The notes beneath the pieces are model-generated. The model ran no database searches, was not told where the DNA came from, and worked only from the letters and a program-made list of their open reading frames with translations. From NCBI GenBank assembly GCA_963696385.1, contig CAVOKF010000003.1:320001-384000 (forward strand): a stretch of 64,000 nt of DNA. The letters are read 5' to 3'. This document shows positions 32,188 through 42,264 of the stretch, piece after piece. The stretch is from an uncultured delta proteobacterium (lineage in GTDB: Bacteria; Myxococcota_A; Polyangia; Polyangiales; Polyangiaceae). Every line of letters begins with the position of its first letter. Within the stretch, counting starts at the first letter, position 1. The position numbers and the translations under genes were made by a program.

Positions 32188-33405
32188 CTAAAGCCGGTCG
32201 CCCCAGCGCGGCTCCCGCTCGAGTTGCTTGACGGCCCACGCGGCCGCCTGACGAACGACGTCGCTGTCGTGCCGATCCGCCGCGTCTCGTAGGGCCCCAA
32301 GCGCGCTGCGGTCCCGCCTGTTGGCGAGTACGATAGCCGCATTGCGGGCGATCCCGGCGCGCCCGCTTCGCTTGAGCGGCGAACCCTGCACCAGGGCGCG
32401 CCACCCCGCCTCGTCGAGCGAGAGCAGATCGGCAAGCCGCACGGTCGACCAGCGATCGAGCGGGGAGAACGGGTCGCCATCGGCTGCGGAATCTCGAGCG
32501 CGGGCGGCTTCACCGGCGTTGAACGGGCAACAATTCTGGCAGTCGTCGCAGCCGAACAAGTGTGCGCCGACGCCTTCCGCAAGGTCGGGCGGTATCGCGC
32601 TCCGATGCTCAATCGTCAAGTAGGCCACACAACGACGCGGATCCAAGACGAAGGGCGCGGCGAACGCCTTGGTCGGGCACGCATCCAGACACCGTGTGCA
32701 GGTCCCGCATCTCTCGGCCATCGGCACGTCAACGGGCAGTTCCAAGGTGGTGACCACCTCGCCGAGCAACACCATCGACCCGAGGCCGGGCACGATGAGC
32801 ATTCCATTTTTGCCGATAAACCCGAGTCCCGCCCGCGCCGCCCACGCCCGCTCGAGAACCGGCTCGTCGTCGCACAGCGGGCGCGCTCGGACGGGTTGGT
32901 CCGGGGATCCGAACGAACGCAGGAGAGCCGCCAAACGCCGGATCCGCCGCCGCAGAAATCCGTGGTAGTCGCGGCCTCGCGCATAGCGGGCAATGGATCC
33001 GACGATTCCTGCCGGGCCGACGTCGGGCGAGCGCGGATAGCGCCGGGCGACGCACACGACGCTCTTCGCACCGCGAAGCAACCCGTCGGCATCGAGGCGT
33101 TCCCGTAGGTTGCGATTTCGAGCGAGATACCGCATCTCCCCGTGCTTTCCGTCGGCGATGAAGGCGTCGTAGCGCGCGATGTCCCGGTCGAGCGGAACGT
33201 CGGCGCGCGCGATGCCCACAGCGTCGAATCCGAGCGCTCGCGCGGTCAACCGGACACGTTCGGCAGGGTCGGTCGCCCGCACGCCCTGGATCGGCGGGGG
33301 GACCGACGGCTCGGCGGCGGCACGTCCGTGTTCGAAGACCTGCTTTGCCCCTTTCGCACAAGACGTGACTGCTTGATCGGGAAATGAGACGCGTGACACG
33401 GGCAT
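32188..33405 (-). CDS. queG: Epoxyqueuosine reductase
   Basis: ARYARGRDYH, LERAWAARAGLGFIGKN, CGTCTRCLDACPT, CVAYLTIE, FGCDDCQNCCPFN. Confidence 0.93.
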   Translation of the reverse strand: MPVSRVSFPDQAVTSCAKGAKQVFEHGRAAAEPSVPPPIQGVRATDPAERVRLTARALGFDAVGIARADVPLDRDIARYDAFIADGKHGEMRYLARNRNLRERLDADGLLRGAKSVVCVARRYPRSPDVGPAGIVGSIARYARGRDYHGFLRRRIRRLAALLRSFGSPDQPVRARPLCDDEPVLERAWAARAGLGFIGKNGMLIVPGLGSMVLLGEVVTTLELPVDVPMAERCGTCTRCLDACPTKAFAAPFVLDPRRCVAYLTIEHRSAIPPDLAEGVGAHLFGCDDCQNCCPFNAGEAARARDSAADGDPFSPLDRWSTVRLADLLSLDEAGWRALVQGSPLKRSGRAGIARNAAIVLANRRDRSALGALRDAADRHDSDVVRQAAAWAVKQLEREPRWGDRL

Positions 33406-33413
33406 CCGGCTCC

Positions 33414-33420
33414 TAGAGTA
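33414..33420. promoter_or_regulatory. Candidate bidirectional -10 element TAGAGTA (TAGAGT on +, TACTCT on -)
   Basis: In the gap between the divergent queG and methyltransferase genes, 9 nt from the queG ATG. Confidence 0.4.
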
Positions 33421-33493
33421 TGGTGCAAGCGGCGGGGACGCGCCGGGCCATCGCGCCGAGCGCGAGTGCCTCGGGGCGAGGAGGCGCACGGAA

Positions 33494-34373
33494 ATGGCAA
33501 CTTTGAACGGCGGTGTGCTGAGCGACAGCACCGCTTCGGAGGCGACGCAAGACGCTCTGTTTGGAGGCAGTGTTGTCCTGTTTCAGCCTCATCGCGGCAG
33601 GGGCTACAGGACCAATGTCGACGCTCTTCTGCTCGCAACGTTCGCTGCCCGCGAAGCCGCAAACTCGACCGAGTCCGGCGATGGGCCGTACGTGAAGCGG
33701 CCCGCTCGCGTCTCTTTCGACTTGGGAGCCGGCGTTGGAGCGGTAGGGCTGGCTCTTCTGCGTCTTGGCGCGACCCAGCGCGTCGTCTTCGTCGAAATCG
33801 ACGAAGCCGCGGCCAAGATGGCCCGGCGGAACCTGGACGCAAACGGCTGGACGGACCGCGGCGAGATTCGTTCGGGCCGACGTGCGCGACGTCGGAAGAG
33901 CGCAACGCGGCGAAGCCAACCTCGTGGTCTGCAATCCCCCGTACGTCGCCCCGGGCCGCGGCCGGTCCGTAGGGTCCGAGGCGGAGGCGCGTGCACGCGT
34001 CGGCGATTTGGGCCCGTTCGTCGTCGCGGCACGCCAGATCGCGGGCCGCGGCGCACGGGTATGCTTCGTTTATCCCGCCCGGGAGTTGGCTTCGCTGTTG
34101 GCTCGCCTTGGGGCCGAAGGCCTTCACGCCAAGCGCATGCGCTTCGTGCACTCCGCGCCCGGCGCGGCTGCGAGAGTCGCTCTCGTCGAAGCCCAGGCCG
34201 GGCATGCCGGCGGATTGATCGTTGTCCCCCCTCTCGTGGAGCGCCAAGGCGGGGCCTACACTCCCGAGATGGAGGCGCTTTTGTCTCAACGCGCCGCCAC
34301 CCGCGACCCCGCTCCAATTCGCCCGAACAATCGGTCGAGCACGATGGCGCAGGCCGCCCGCACGCTCAGGTGA
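33494..34373 (+). CDS. tRNA1(Val) A37-N6-type methyltransferase (TrmN6/YfiC-like); one +1 frameshift at 33865-33869
   Basis: GYRTNVDALLLA, DLGAGVGAVG, VEID in the first frame; ADVRD, VVCNPPY, FVYPA, KRMRFVH in the second frame. Confidence 0.82.
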
Positions 34374-34870
34374 TTGTACCGGGTGTCCTCGGCGACGATC
34401 GGCTCGAGCAATCCGTCGGCCGCTGAGATTGCGCTCGGCGCCAGACCCCAGCCGGTTCCGAATAGGATGAGCACTTGGGTGCCCTCGCCCGCCAGACGCG
34501 CGCGCGCCTCTTCGAACGTCAGCGTCGAACCCAGAGGGCGCGCCGCCGTTGCCCAAACTTCGACGCGGCTTCTTCCGCCTAGCTGCTCGAACGCCACGTC
34601 CAACGACTCGACGATTCGCAGAATGCCCAGTGCCTCTCGGCGATCCGGAATTCGACGGCCGCCGGACCCCTCGGTCCAGTGATCGCGGATTCGCTTGACC
34701 AACTCGCGTTGCGCCGCGATGGGATGCACGACGAAGTAGTCGGTGCACCCGAACGTTCGCGCGCTGCGGGCCAGGTCGTGTACGTCCAGGTTCGTCACGG
34801 CCGTCGTGACGATTGCGCCCGATCCATCGAGCACGGGATGGTGCACGAGTGCGACCGCGCAGCGCCTCAT
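34286..34870 (-). CDS. SPOUT-class RNA methyltransferase (TrmD-associated family)
   Basis: ALVHHPV, TTAVTNLDVHDLARSARTFG, LFGTGWGL, YNHLSVRAACAIVLDRL; ATGA overlap with trmD. Confidence 0.88.
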   Translation of the reverse strand: MRRCAVALVHHPVLDGSGAIVTTAVTNLDVHDLARSARTFGCTDYFVVHPIAAQRELVKRIRDHWTEGSGGRRIPDRREALGILRIVESLDVAFEQLGGRSRVEVWATAARPLGSTLTFEEARARLAGEGTQVLILFGTGWGLAPSAISAADGLLEPIVAEDTRYNHLSVRAACAIVLDRLFGRIGAGSRVAAR

Positions 34871-35595
34871 GGCTCTTGCCGATTCCGGCAGAAGCGCTCC
34901 CAAAGATCCGGCCGACACTCGCGGGTCCTCGCGATCGCTTGCTGCCGCCGCCACTGTTCAATGTCCGCATGATGACCGCCTTGCAGCACGTCCGGCACGC
35001 GCACCCCCCGGAACTCGACCGGACGCGTGTACTGCGGGTACTCAAGCAAGCCACCGGTCTCGGGATTGTGCGACTCGTCGACCGTGGACGCTTGGTTGCC
35101 GAGAACCCCCGGCAAAAGTCGCGCACAGGCGTCGATGATGGCCATCGCAGCGACCTCGCCTCCGGTCATCACGAAGTCGCCCAGCGAAAGTTGCTCGTCG
35201 GTGAACGCCGAAATCCGATCGTCGAACCCTTCGTAACGCCCGCACACCAGCATGACCGCCGGCCGCGATGCGAGTTCGCGCACCCGCCGTTGGTCGAGGA
35301 CGCGTCCCTGGGGCGTCAGCAAGACGCGATGTGCGCGCGGCTCTCGCGACGCCTCGGCGTCGAGCGACTCCATCGTCGCCACGATCACGTCGACGCGCAT
35401 GATCATCCCACTGCCGCCGCCGTAAGGGGTATCGTCGACGCTCCGATGTTTGCCCAAACCGAAGTCGCGCGGGCTGCGAAAGCGAAACGCGAGCTGTCCA
35501 CCTTCGACAGCGCGTCCGATGAAGCTCGCGCCCAGGTATCCGGCGAAGATATCCGGAAAAAGCGTAACAACGTCGAAGCGCAGCGTGGCGCTCAC
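34867..35595 (-). CDS. trmD: tRNA (guanine37-N1)-methyltransferase
   Basis: VDDTPYGGGSGM, LLTPQG, CGRYEGFDDR, SLGDFVMTGGE, LEYPQYTRP. Confidence 0.96.
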   Translation of the reverse strand: MSATLRFDVVTLFPDIFAGYLGASFIGRAVEGGQLAFRFRSPRDFGLGKHRSVDDTPYGGGSGMIMRVDVIVATMESLDAEASREPRAHRVLLTPQGRVLDQRRVRELASRPAVMLVCGRYEGFDDRISAFTDEQLSLGDFVMTGGEVAAMAIIDACARLLPGVLGNQASTVDESHNPETGGLLEYPQYTRPVEFRGVRVPDVLQGGHHADIEQWRRQQAIARTRECRPDLWERFCRNRQEP

Positions 35596-36128
35596 CGCCG
35601 GAATACCCCCTCGAGGGTGGCCAACACGACCCGCGCGTTCTCGACATCAACGTTCCGGATCACCGAATCGACCAGAGGCACCTCATACGGATCGCCCCCG
35701 TCCCCGGCGTCGACCAGAAGCGCGTCGGCGGTCGGATAGGTGACGACCGCGCGAACTCGACCCAATTCGCTGGCCACCCCCGCTTCTTCGAAGACGACTC
35801 GCGCCCCCTCCAGATCGCAAGCGTAGAACTCGCCCGGATCGAGGGGTGGAAACTCCTCTCGCTTCGCACACACGACCGCGCCTCGCAGCGCTTCCGCGCC
35901 GTTGCGATCGTCGACCGAATAGAGTTTGAGCAGAATCGCATCGTTGGCGCGTCGCGCCCCATCCACGCTGACTTCCTGCTCCTGGCCATCGGGGAAGCGC
36001 AGCAGCACTTCATCGAGTCCGAGCAACAAGTCGCTGTCTGCATTGAACAAGCGCAAGCGCAACTCACCCCGAACACCGTGAGGGCGGGCGACGGCGGCCA
36101 ATGGAACCCATGCGGCGGGCTCGAGCAC
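35592..36128 (-). CDS. rimM: Ribosome maturation factor RimM
   Basis: RPHGVRGELR, DRNGAEALRG, GEFYACDLEG; position between khpA and trmD. Confidence 0.92.
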   Translation of the reverse strand: MLEPAAWVPLAAVARPHGVRGELRLRLFNADSDLLLGLDEVLLRFPDGQEQEVSVDGARRANDAILLKLYSVDDRNGAEALRGAVVCAKREEFPPLDPGEFYACDLEGARVVFEEAGVASELGRVRAVVTYPTADALLVDAGDGGDPYEVPLVDSVIRNVDVENARVVLATLEGVFRR

Positions 36129-36175
36129 GTTTCGCTGCCTCCAGCCGGTACCGGCGCGCCGACGACCCGACCCGA

Positions 36176-36439
36176 TCAGTCCACGATGTCGAGGTGGGCG
36201 CGGCGGCCAAGCTTGGACGAGACGGCCGTCAGCAGCGTCCGCATCGACTGAGCCGTGCGACCTTCCTTGCCGATGACCTTGCCGACGTCATCCTTCGCCA
36301 CGCGCAACTCGATGACGATGTTGTGGTCGTCCCTGATCTCGGTCACGTCGACCTCATCCGGATGATCCACGAGTTCTGTAGCGATGACGCGGATGAGCTC
36401 CTGAAGCGGCGGTCGATCCGCGTCGATCTCGGAGCTCAC
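36176..36439 (-). CDS. khpA: KH-domain RNA-binding protein KhpA
   Basis: LVDHPDEV, ELRVAKDDVGKVIGKEGRTAQSMRTLL. Confidence 0.92.
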   Translation of the reverse strand: MSSEIDADRPPLQELIRVIATELVDHPDEVDVTEIRDDHNIVIELRVAKDDVGKVIGKEGRTAQSMRTLLTAVSSKLGRRAHLDIVD

Positions 36440-36699
36440 GTTGCCTCCGGCACCGCGGCAGCTCGATCACGCCGTTTGAGCAGGCGATCGAGCGTGGCGG
36501 ACGGAAGGGCTCCGCGCGTGCGCCAATACGTGAGCCGCTCGTCGTCGATGACGAAGCGGCCCGAATCGTGGACCGGATCGAAGGTGCCAATATTCTCGAG
36601 GAAGCGCCCGCCGCGGGGACTCCTGTGATCGGTCACTACGATGCGGTAAAAGGGCCGCTTTTTGGACCCTGTTCGGGAAAGACGAATGTGAACGGCCAT
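36436..36699 (-). CDS. rpsP: 30S ribosomal protein S16
   Basis: MAVHIRLSRTGSKKRPFYRIVVTDHRSPRGGRFLENIGTFDP. Confidence 0.97.
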   Translation of the reverse strand: MAVHIRLSRTGSKKRPFYRIVVTDHRSPRGGRFLENIGTFDPVHDSGRFVIDDERLTYWRTRGALPSATLDRLLKRRDRAAAVPEAT

Positions 36700-36728
36700 C
36701 GGGTCTGTACTTTCGCTCCGGGGCGCGC

Positions 36729-36757
36729 AAGGTACGGGCCAGGGGCCCGGCCGTCAA
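36729..36757 (-). promoter_or_regulatory. sigma70-type promoter of the rpsP operon
   Basis: Minus strand TTGACG-17 bp-TACCTT, about 30 bp upstream of the rpsP ATG. Confidence 0.65.
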
Positions 36758-36796
36758 GAAGCGAGGCTCGCCGGGGTCACCGCCTCCGGCCGCGGG

Positions 36797-37249
36797 TCAG
36801 CCATTGACGCTCATGAGCCGGCCGAGCTTGAGCACGAGCGGCAGGTGGAACACGGCGCCGTAGACGTGAAGCCTGCCGTGGCGAAGCGCGCTGACCACGG
36901 CGCGCAACGCACTTACGGACTCCTGGTCTCGCGGATGGGGGATGGGCAGGCCGAGAGGCGTTGTCATGGGCATATTCGAAAGGGCGATGATCACGTCCGA
37001 GGGTCCCCGGACCGTGACATCGGGAATTCCGACGATCCCGTCGTGAATGGTCAACTTCGCTCCCTTTTCGAATCGCAGGGTGAGCGCGACGTCCACGTCT
37101 TCGGCAACAATCGCCACCGTGCCGTCGAGACCCGAAAAGTCGGCCTGTTTGTGCGGCTTGGCCTGCATGTTTTGGCGGATGAGCCCGGCCAGCATGTACG
37201 CCAGACCGTTGTCGTCGGCGCCCGGGGCCAGTTCAACGTCCGGAATCAT
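36797..37249 (-). CDS. SCP2 (sterol carrier/lipid-binding)-like protein
   Basis: VAIVAEDVDVALTLRFEKG, PDVTVRG, LRHGRLHVYG pattern. Confidence 0.6.
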   Translation of the reverse strand: MIPDVELAPGADDNGLAYMLAGLIRQNMQAKPHKQADFSGLDGTVAIVAEDVDVALTLRFEKGAKLTIHDGIVGIPDVTVRGPSDVIIALSNMPMTTPLGLPIPHPRDQESVSALRAVVSALRHGRLHVYGAVFHLPLVLKLGRLMSVNG

Positions 37250-37342
37250 GGGAAATATCGCCGTCGTTTCTATGTCGTTGCGACGTCTGGGTCGCGCGGC
37301 GTCTGCCGGAACGGTGTCCCCGATGCGGCGGCCATTCGCGGG

Positions 37343-38746
37343 TCATTGAGCGGTCTCGACCCCATTTTGCGCGATCACCTCCCGATACCAAAGTGCGGAA
37401 TCCTTCGGGATCCGTTCCTGCGTCGCGTAATCGATCCAGGTGAGACCAAAGCGCTGGGTGTAACCGTGGTCCCACTCGTAATTGTCCATGAGCGACCATG
37501 CAAAGTACCCCTCGAGCGGGACACCTTCGCCCATCGCCCGACGGGCCGCGAGCAGGTGGTCTCGCATGAACGCAATCCGGCGCGTATCGGCCACCCGCTT
37601 CGAAGCATCGGGCGCGTCCGGATAGCTGGCCCCATTTTCGGTCACATAAATCTTGGCCGGCCGATAGTCGAGATGCACTCGCATCAGCACATCGAACATT
37701 CCCTGCGGATAGACCTCCCACCCGATCGCCGTCCATTCGGACGCGGGCGCGACAAAGACGGTACGCGGGCGGTTTTTGTGCTCCGGAACCCGATCGCTCC
37801 GCGTGACCGCTCGATTGTAGTAGTTCACGCCGATGAAATCGGTCGCGACCGCGATGTCCCCGAGATCGCCGGACCGCACGAAGGGCATTCCCGCCTCGGC
37901 CAGGTATCCAGCCCGTACGTAATCGAGCACCATATCCGGCGGGTAGAAGCCTCGATACAGCGGGTCGAGAAACCACCGATTCATGAAGCCGTCGTAGTGG
38001 CGGGCCGCATCCGCATCGTCGGGACTCGGCGACGCGGGAACGGCCGGCGACAGGTTGACCGTGATGCCGACTTCGGAGCCCGGGCTATTGCGGCGAATGA
38101 CGGGCACCGCCCACCCGTGCGACAGCAATAAGTGGTGACTGCTCGCGATAGCGGCCGACCAGTCTCGCAGGCCCGGTGCGTGCACGCCCTTCGCGTACGA
38201 CACGAAGCTCGCACACCACGGTTCGTTGTGCGTAATCCAATGTTTGACGCGATCCCCGAGACGCCGGCTCACCGCCTCGGCATACTCGACGAACGCGTGC
38301 GCCGTATCGCGGTTCACCCAGCCGCCAACGTCCTGAAGCGCCTGCGGGAGGTCCCAATGGTACAGCGTCACGTACGGTGCAATGCCCCGCTCGAGAAGTG
38401 CGTCGACCAATCGCGAGTAAAAGTCCAACCCTCGATCGTTGACCGGCGACCGTCCGGTCGGGTGGACTCGCGGCCAAGCCACGGAGAAGCGGTACGCGGC
38501 GAGCTTAAGGCTACTCATGAGCGCGATGTCCTCCCGCCATCGGTGGTAGTGATCGCAGGCGATGTCGCCGCTGGATCCGTCTTTGATGTTGGCGACGGTC
38601 TTGGCATAGCGATCCCAGATCGATTCGCCGCGCCCGTCTTCGTTCGTGGCGCCTTCGATCTGGTACGACGAAGTCGCGGCACCCCATACGAACCCTGGAG
38701 GAAAGCTGACGCGAGTCACCATGTCGATCCATTCTCCTCGGCTCAC
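37343..38746 (-). CDS. GH1 beta-glucosidase
   Basis: [27 protein letters not shown], acid/base THNEP, nucleophile [15 protein letters not shown]; start may be ATG 38722. Confidence 0.95.
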   Translation of the reverse strand: MSRGEWIDMVTRVSFPPGFVWGAATSSYQIEGATNEDGRGESIWDRYAKTVANIKDGSSGDIACDHYHRWREDIALMSSLKLAAYRFSVAWPRVHPTGRSPVNDRGLDFYSRLVDALLERGIAPYVTLYHWDLPQALQDVGGWVNRDTAHAFVEYAEAVSRRLGDRVKHWITHNEPWCASFVSYAKGVHAPGLRDWSAAIASSHHLLLSHGWAVPVIRRNSPGSEVGITVNLSPAVPASPSPDDADAARHYDGFMNRWFLDPLYRGFYPPDMVLDYVRAGYLAEAGMPFVRSGDLGDIAVATDFIGVNYYNRAVTRSDRVPEHKNRPRTVFVAPASEWTAIGWEVYPQGMFDVLMRVHLDYRPAKIYVTENGASYPDAPDASKRVADTRRIAFMRDHLLAARRAMGEGVPLEGYFAWSLMDNYEWDHGYTQRFGLTWIDYATQERIPKDSALWYREVIAQNGVETAQ

Positions 38747-38889
38747 GCACTCGGCGCGCAGCGGCCGAGCCTACTCGCGCCCCGCCCTCTACGTCCAGAG
38801 CACGCGTCCCGCCAATAGCCAGTTGTCGACGCGCCTCGCGGGTTCGGTGTACCCTGGGAGCCTTACCTGGTCGTGTTGGAGGCTATCGC

Positions 38890-41319
38890 ATGCAGTTCGG
38901 CCACTTCGATGATGCTCGCCGCGAATACGTGATCACCACGCCGCAGACGCCCTATCCCTGGATCAATTATCTCGGGAGCGAGAATTTTTTCGGACTCATT
39001 TCCCACCAGGCGGGAGGCTATTGCTTCTATCGCGACGCTCGACTGCGCCGGCTCACGCGATATCGCTACAACAACGCGCCCACGGACGTCGGAGGGCGCT
39101 ATTTCTACGTTTACGACGGCGGCGACTTCTGGTCGCCGTCGTACATGCCGGTGAAACGCGAACTGGACTTTTTCGAGTGCCGTCATGGACTCGGATACAC
39201 GGCGATTTCCGGCGAGCGGAACGGCATCCGCGTGCAAGAGACCTTTTTCGTTCCGTCGGGCCACACCGCCGAGGTGCATCGCGTCACGGTGACCAACACC
39301 GGATCGTCGCGCAAGAGCGTCAAGCTCTTTTCGTACCTCGAATTTTGCATGTGGAATGCATACGATGACATGACCAACTATCAGCGCAATTTTAGCACCG
39401 GAGAGGTCGAAGTCGTCGATAGCACCATCTATCACAAGACCGAATATCGCGAACGGCGCAACCACTTCGCCTTTTACCACGTGAACGCGCCCGTGGTCGG
39501 TTTCGATACGGATCGCGAAGCGTTTCTCGGCCTGTACAACGGCATGCACGAACCCCGGGTCATCGCCCGCGGGCAGTCCGCGAATTCGATCGCGAGCGGG
39601 TGGGCGCCCGTCGCATCGCATTGCATCGACATCGCATTGCCCCCAGGCGGGTCGGAGACGTTCGTATTTCTCCTCGGCTACGTCGAAAACCCCGTCGCGG
39701 AAAAGTGGGAACGCCCGGGCATCATCAACAAGGACCGCGCACGATCGCTCATCCAGCAGTTTTCGACGCCTGCGCAAGTCGACGCCGCGCTGAGCCAGAT
39801 CGGCGATCATTGGACAGGCCTGTTGTCGAACTTTCAGGTCGACTCGCCGGACGCGCGACTCAATCGGATGGCGAATATATGGAATCCATATCAGTGTATG
39901 GTGACGTTCAACATGTCGCGGTCGGCATCGTATTTCGAAACCGGAATCGGACGCGGTATGGGATTTCGTGACTCCAATCAGGATCTTCTCGGCTTTGTTC
40001 ACCTCGTGCCGGCGCGGGCGAGAGAGCGCATCATCGATATCGCCTCGACGCAGTTCGCCGACGGCAGCGCGTACCATCAGTATCAGCCGCTCACGAAGCG
40101 TGGCAACAACGACGTCGGGAGCGGTTTCAACGACGACCCGCTCTGGCTCATCTTCGGCGTCGCCGCGTACATCAAAGAGACCGGCGACTTCGACATCTTG
40201 AAGGAAGTAGTCCCTTTCGACAACGATCCGAAGAGCGCCGCCCCGTTGTTCGAGCATCTCAGGCGGGCCTTTCGTCACGTCCTCGACAACCTCGGCCCAC
40301 ACGGCCTGCCGCTCATCGGGCGCGCCGACTGGAACGACTGCCTCAATCTCAACTGCTTCTCCGAGACACCCGACGAGTCGTTCCAGACGACCGGCAACCG
40401 CACGGGACGCACGGCGGAATCGGTCTTCATCGCGGGGATGTTCGTCGGAGTTGCGCCCGACTACGCGTATCTCGCCGAAACCGTCGGTCAACTCGCCGAA
40501 GCCAAGATGGCTCGCACCGAAGCGACGAAGATGGAGGAGGCGGTCCTAACGCACGGCTGGGACGGCGCGTGGTTTCTGCGCGCCTACGATTTCTTCGGCA
40601 ATAAGGTTGGTAGTCACGAGTGTCCGGAAGGAAAAATTTTCATCGAGCCTCAAGGGTTTTGCGTCATGGCCGGGATCGGTCGGACCACCGGGCATGCCAA
40701 GAAAGCTCTCGACTCGACGAAGGAACTGCTCGACACCCGATACGGCATCGTCTTGAATCATCCGGCTTACACGCGATATCACGTAGAACTCGGGGAGATA
40801 TCGTCGTACCCTCCCGGGTACAAGGAAAATGCGGGCATTTTCTGTCACAACAATCCGTGGATCGTCATCGCCGAGACGGTCATCGGGCGCGGCGACCGCG
40901 CTTTCGAATATTGGAAAAAAATTGCGCCGGCGTATCTCGAGGACATCAGCGAGATTCATCGCCTCGAGCCATACGTTTACGCGCAGATGATTGCCGGCAA
41001 AGACGCGCCACGACACGGCGAGGCCAAAAACTCTTGGTCGACCGGGACGGCCGCGTGGAATTTCGTTGCGCTCTCGCAGCACTTGCTCGGAGTCCGGCCC
41101 GATTTCGAAGGGCTGCGGGTCTCCCCCGTCATCTCGAAAGAACTCGCGACGTTCACCGTCACGCGCAAGTGCCGCGGCGCCGAGTACGTCGTCAGGGTGA
41201 CGAACGCGAAAGGGGGCACTCAACCGCCGAAGCTGACCGTCAACGGCAAGGCGATCGAGGGCAATCAGGTCCCGTACGCTCCTCGCGGAGCCCGCGTCGT
41301 CATCGACTGCGAAGTGTAG
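38890..41319 (+). CDS. GH94 cellobiose phosphorylase
   Basis: [49 protein letters not shown], catalytic [22 protein letters not shown]. Confidence 0.92.
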   Translation: MQFGHFDDARREYVITTPQTPYPWINYLGSENFFGLISHQAGGYCFYRDARLRRLTRYRYNNAPTDVGGRYFYVYDGGDFWSPSYMPVKRELDFFECRHGLGYTAISGERNGIRVQETFFVPSGHTAEVHRVTVTNTGSSRKSVKLFSYLEFCMWNAYDDMTNYQRNFSTGEVEVVDSTIYHKTEYRERRNHFAFYHVNAPVVGFDTDREAFLGLYNGMHEPRVIARGQSANSIASGWAPVASHCIDIALPPGGSETFVFLLGYVENPVAEKWERPGIINKDRARSLIQQFSTPAQVDAALSQIGDHWTGLLSNFQVDSPDARLNRMANIWNPYQCMVTFNMSRSASYFETGIGRGMGFRDSNQDLLGFVHLVPARARERIIDIASTQFADGSAYHQYQPLTKRGNNDVGSGFNDDPLWLIFGVAAYIKETGDFDILKEVVPFDNDPKSAAPLFEHLRRAFRHVLDNLGPHGLPLIGRADWNDCLNLNCFSETPDESFQTTGNRTGRTAESVFIAGMFVGVAPDYAYLAETVGQLAEAKMARTEATKMEEAVLTHGWDGAWFLRAYDFFGNKVGSHECPEGKIFIEPQGFCVMAGIGRTTGHAKKALDSTKELLDTRYGIVLNHPAYTRYHVELGEISSYPPGYKENAGIFCHNNPWIVIAETVIGRGDRAFEYWKKIAPAYLEDISEIHRLEPYVYAQMIAGKDAPRHGEAKNSWSTGTAAWNFVALSQHLLGVRPDFEGLRVSPVISKELATFTVTRKCRGAEYVVRVTNAKGGTQPPKLTVNGKAIEGNQVPYAPRGARVVIDCEV

Positions 41320-41328
41320 GCCGCGTCG

Positions 41329-42264
41329 ATGACCGGTCATGGCATGCTCACGCTCGAGCTCGGCGACGTCCGCTTCGTTGTGGATTCCCACTCGGGCGGA
41401 CGAATCACCTCCTTCCGGCTCGGCGGCACAGAAGCGCTGACGGGGCCCGAACTCGATCCGAACAACTACGGGTCGACGCTGTGGACCAGCCCGCAGAGCG
41501 ATTGGGGCTGGCCGCCCCCCGCGGAATTCGACGAACTGCCGTTCGTGATCACGCCGGATCCGGAGGGCGCGATCGCGATGACGGGGCCGGCTAGCGGAGC
41601 TTTGGGTGTGCGCCTCGCCAAGCGATTCTGGGTGGACCATGCGCTCGGCGCGATTGTGCTCGAGTACGCGATTCAAAACGTCACTGCGACGCCGAAGCGC
41701 TACGCGCTCTGGGAGGTTTCGCGTGTTCCAGCCCGCGCTCTGTCTTTCTACGCAACTGGGACATCGCTGGCAGGTCCGCTCCGGCTCGAGCAACGCGCCG
41801 GCGGCACCTGGTACGCCCACGATCCGCGCGTGCTCTCGGAGGTCGGGCAGAAAGCGTACGGAGACGCCGGGCTGGGTTTCTTGGCCCACGTTTTGCCCGG
41901 TCGCGTGTTGTTCGTGAAGGCATTTGTCAATCCGCCGCCCGATCTGCACGCGCCCGGCGAAGGAGCGGTCGAGATCTACGGCAACGATCGCTATGTCGAA
42001 CTCGAAGTGCAGGGACCGTACGGCGCAATCGATCCGGGAGCCTGGTCACAGCCATGGGCGGTTCGCTGGTACCTGCGGCCCATCCCGGCGCAGGTGGACC
42101 CGACACTGGGCAACGCGGAGTTGCTGGCCTTCGCCGCCGGCGTCGCGGACGGAACGGCCTGTGGCCGTGGATCGGGGCCTTTGGGGTCCCCCCCTTCGAC
42201 ACGGCCTCGACGCCTGCCGGCTGAGCGCGAGCGCCGGCGAGCGAGCAGGGGCGTTACGGCTTGA
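41329..42264 (+). CDS. DUF4380 / galactose-mutarotase-like beta-sandwich protein
   Basis: GGRITSF, NYGSTLWTSPQSDWGWPPP, VEIY...YVELEVQGPY. Confidence 0.7.
   Translation: MTGHGMLTLELGDVRFVVDSHSGGRITSFRLGGTEALTGPELDPNNYGSTLWTSPQSDWGWPPPAEFDELPFVITPDPEGAIAMTGPASGALGVRLAKRFWVDHALGAIVLEYAIQNVTATPKRYALWEVSRVPARALSFYATGTSLAGPLRLEQRAGGTWYAHDPRVLSEVGQKAYGDAGLGFLAHVLPGRVLFVKAFVNPPPDLHAPGEGAVEIYGNDRYVELEVQGPYGAIDPGAWSQPWAVRWYLRPIPAQVDPTLGNAELLAFAAGVADGTACGRGSGPLGSPPSTRPRRLPAERERRRASRGVTA

Noticed and set aside
38855..38868. CebR/CelR operator in the GH1-GH94 intergenic region
   Set aside because: TGGGAGCCTTACCT matches TGGGAGCGCTCCCA at only 10 of 14 positions, is not palindromic, and no LacI-family gene is nearby
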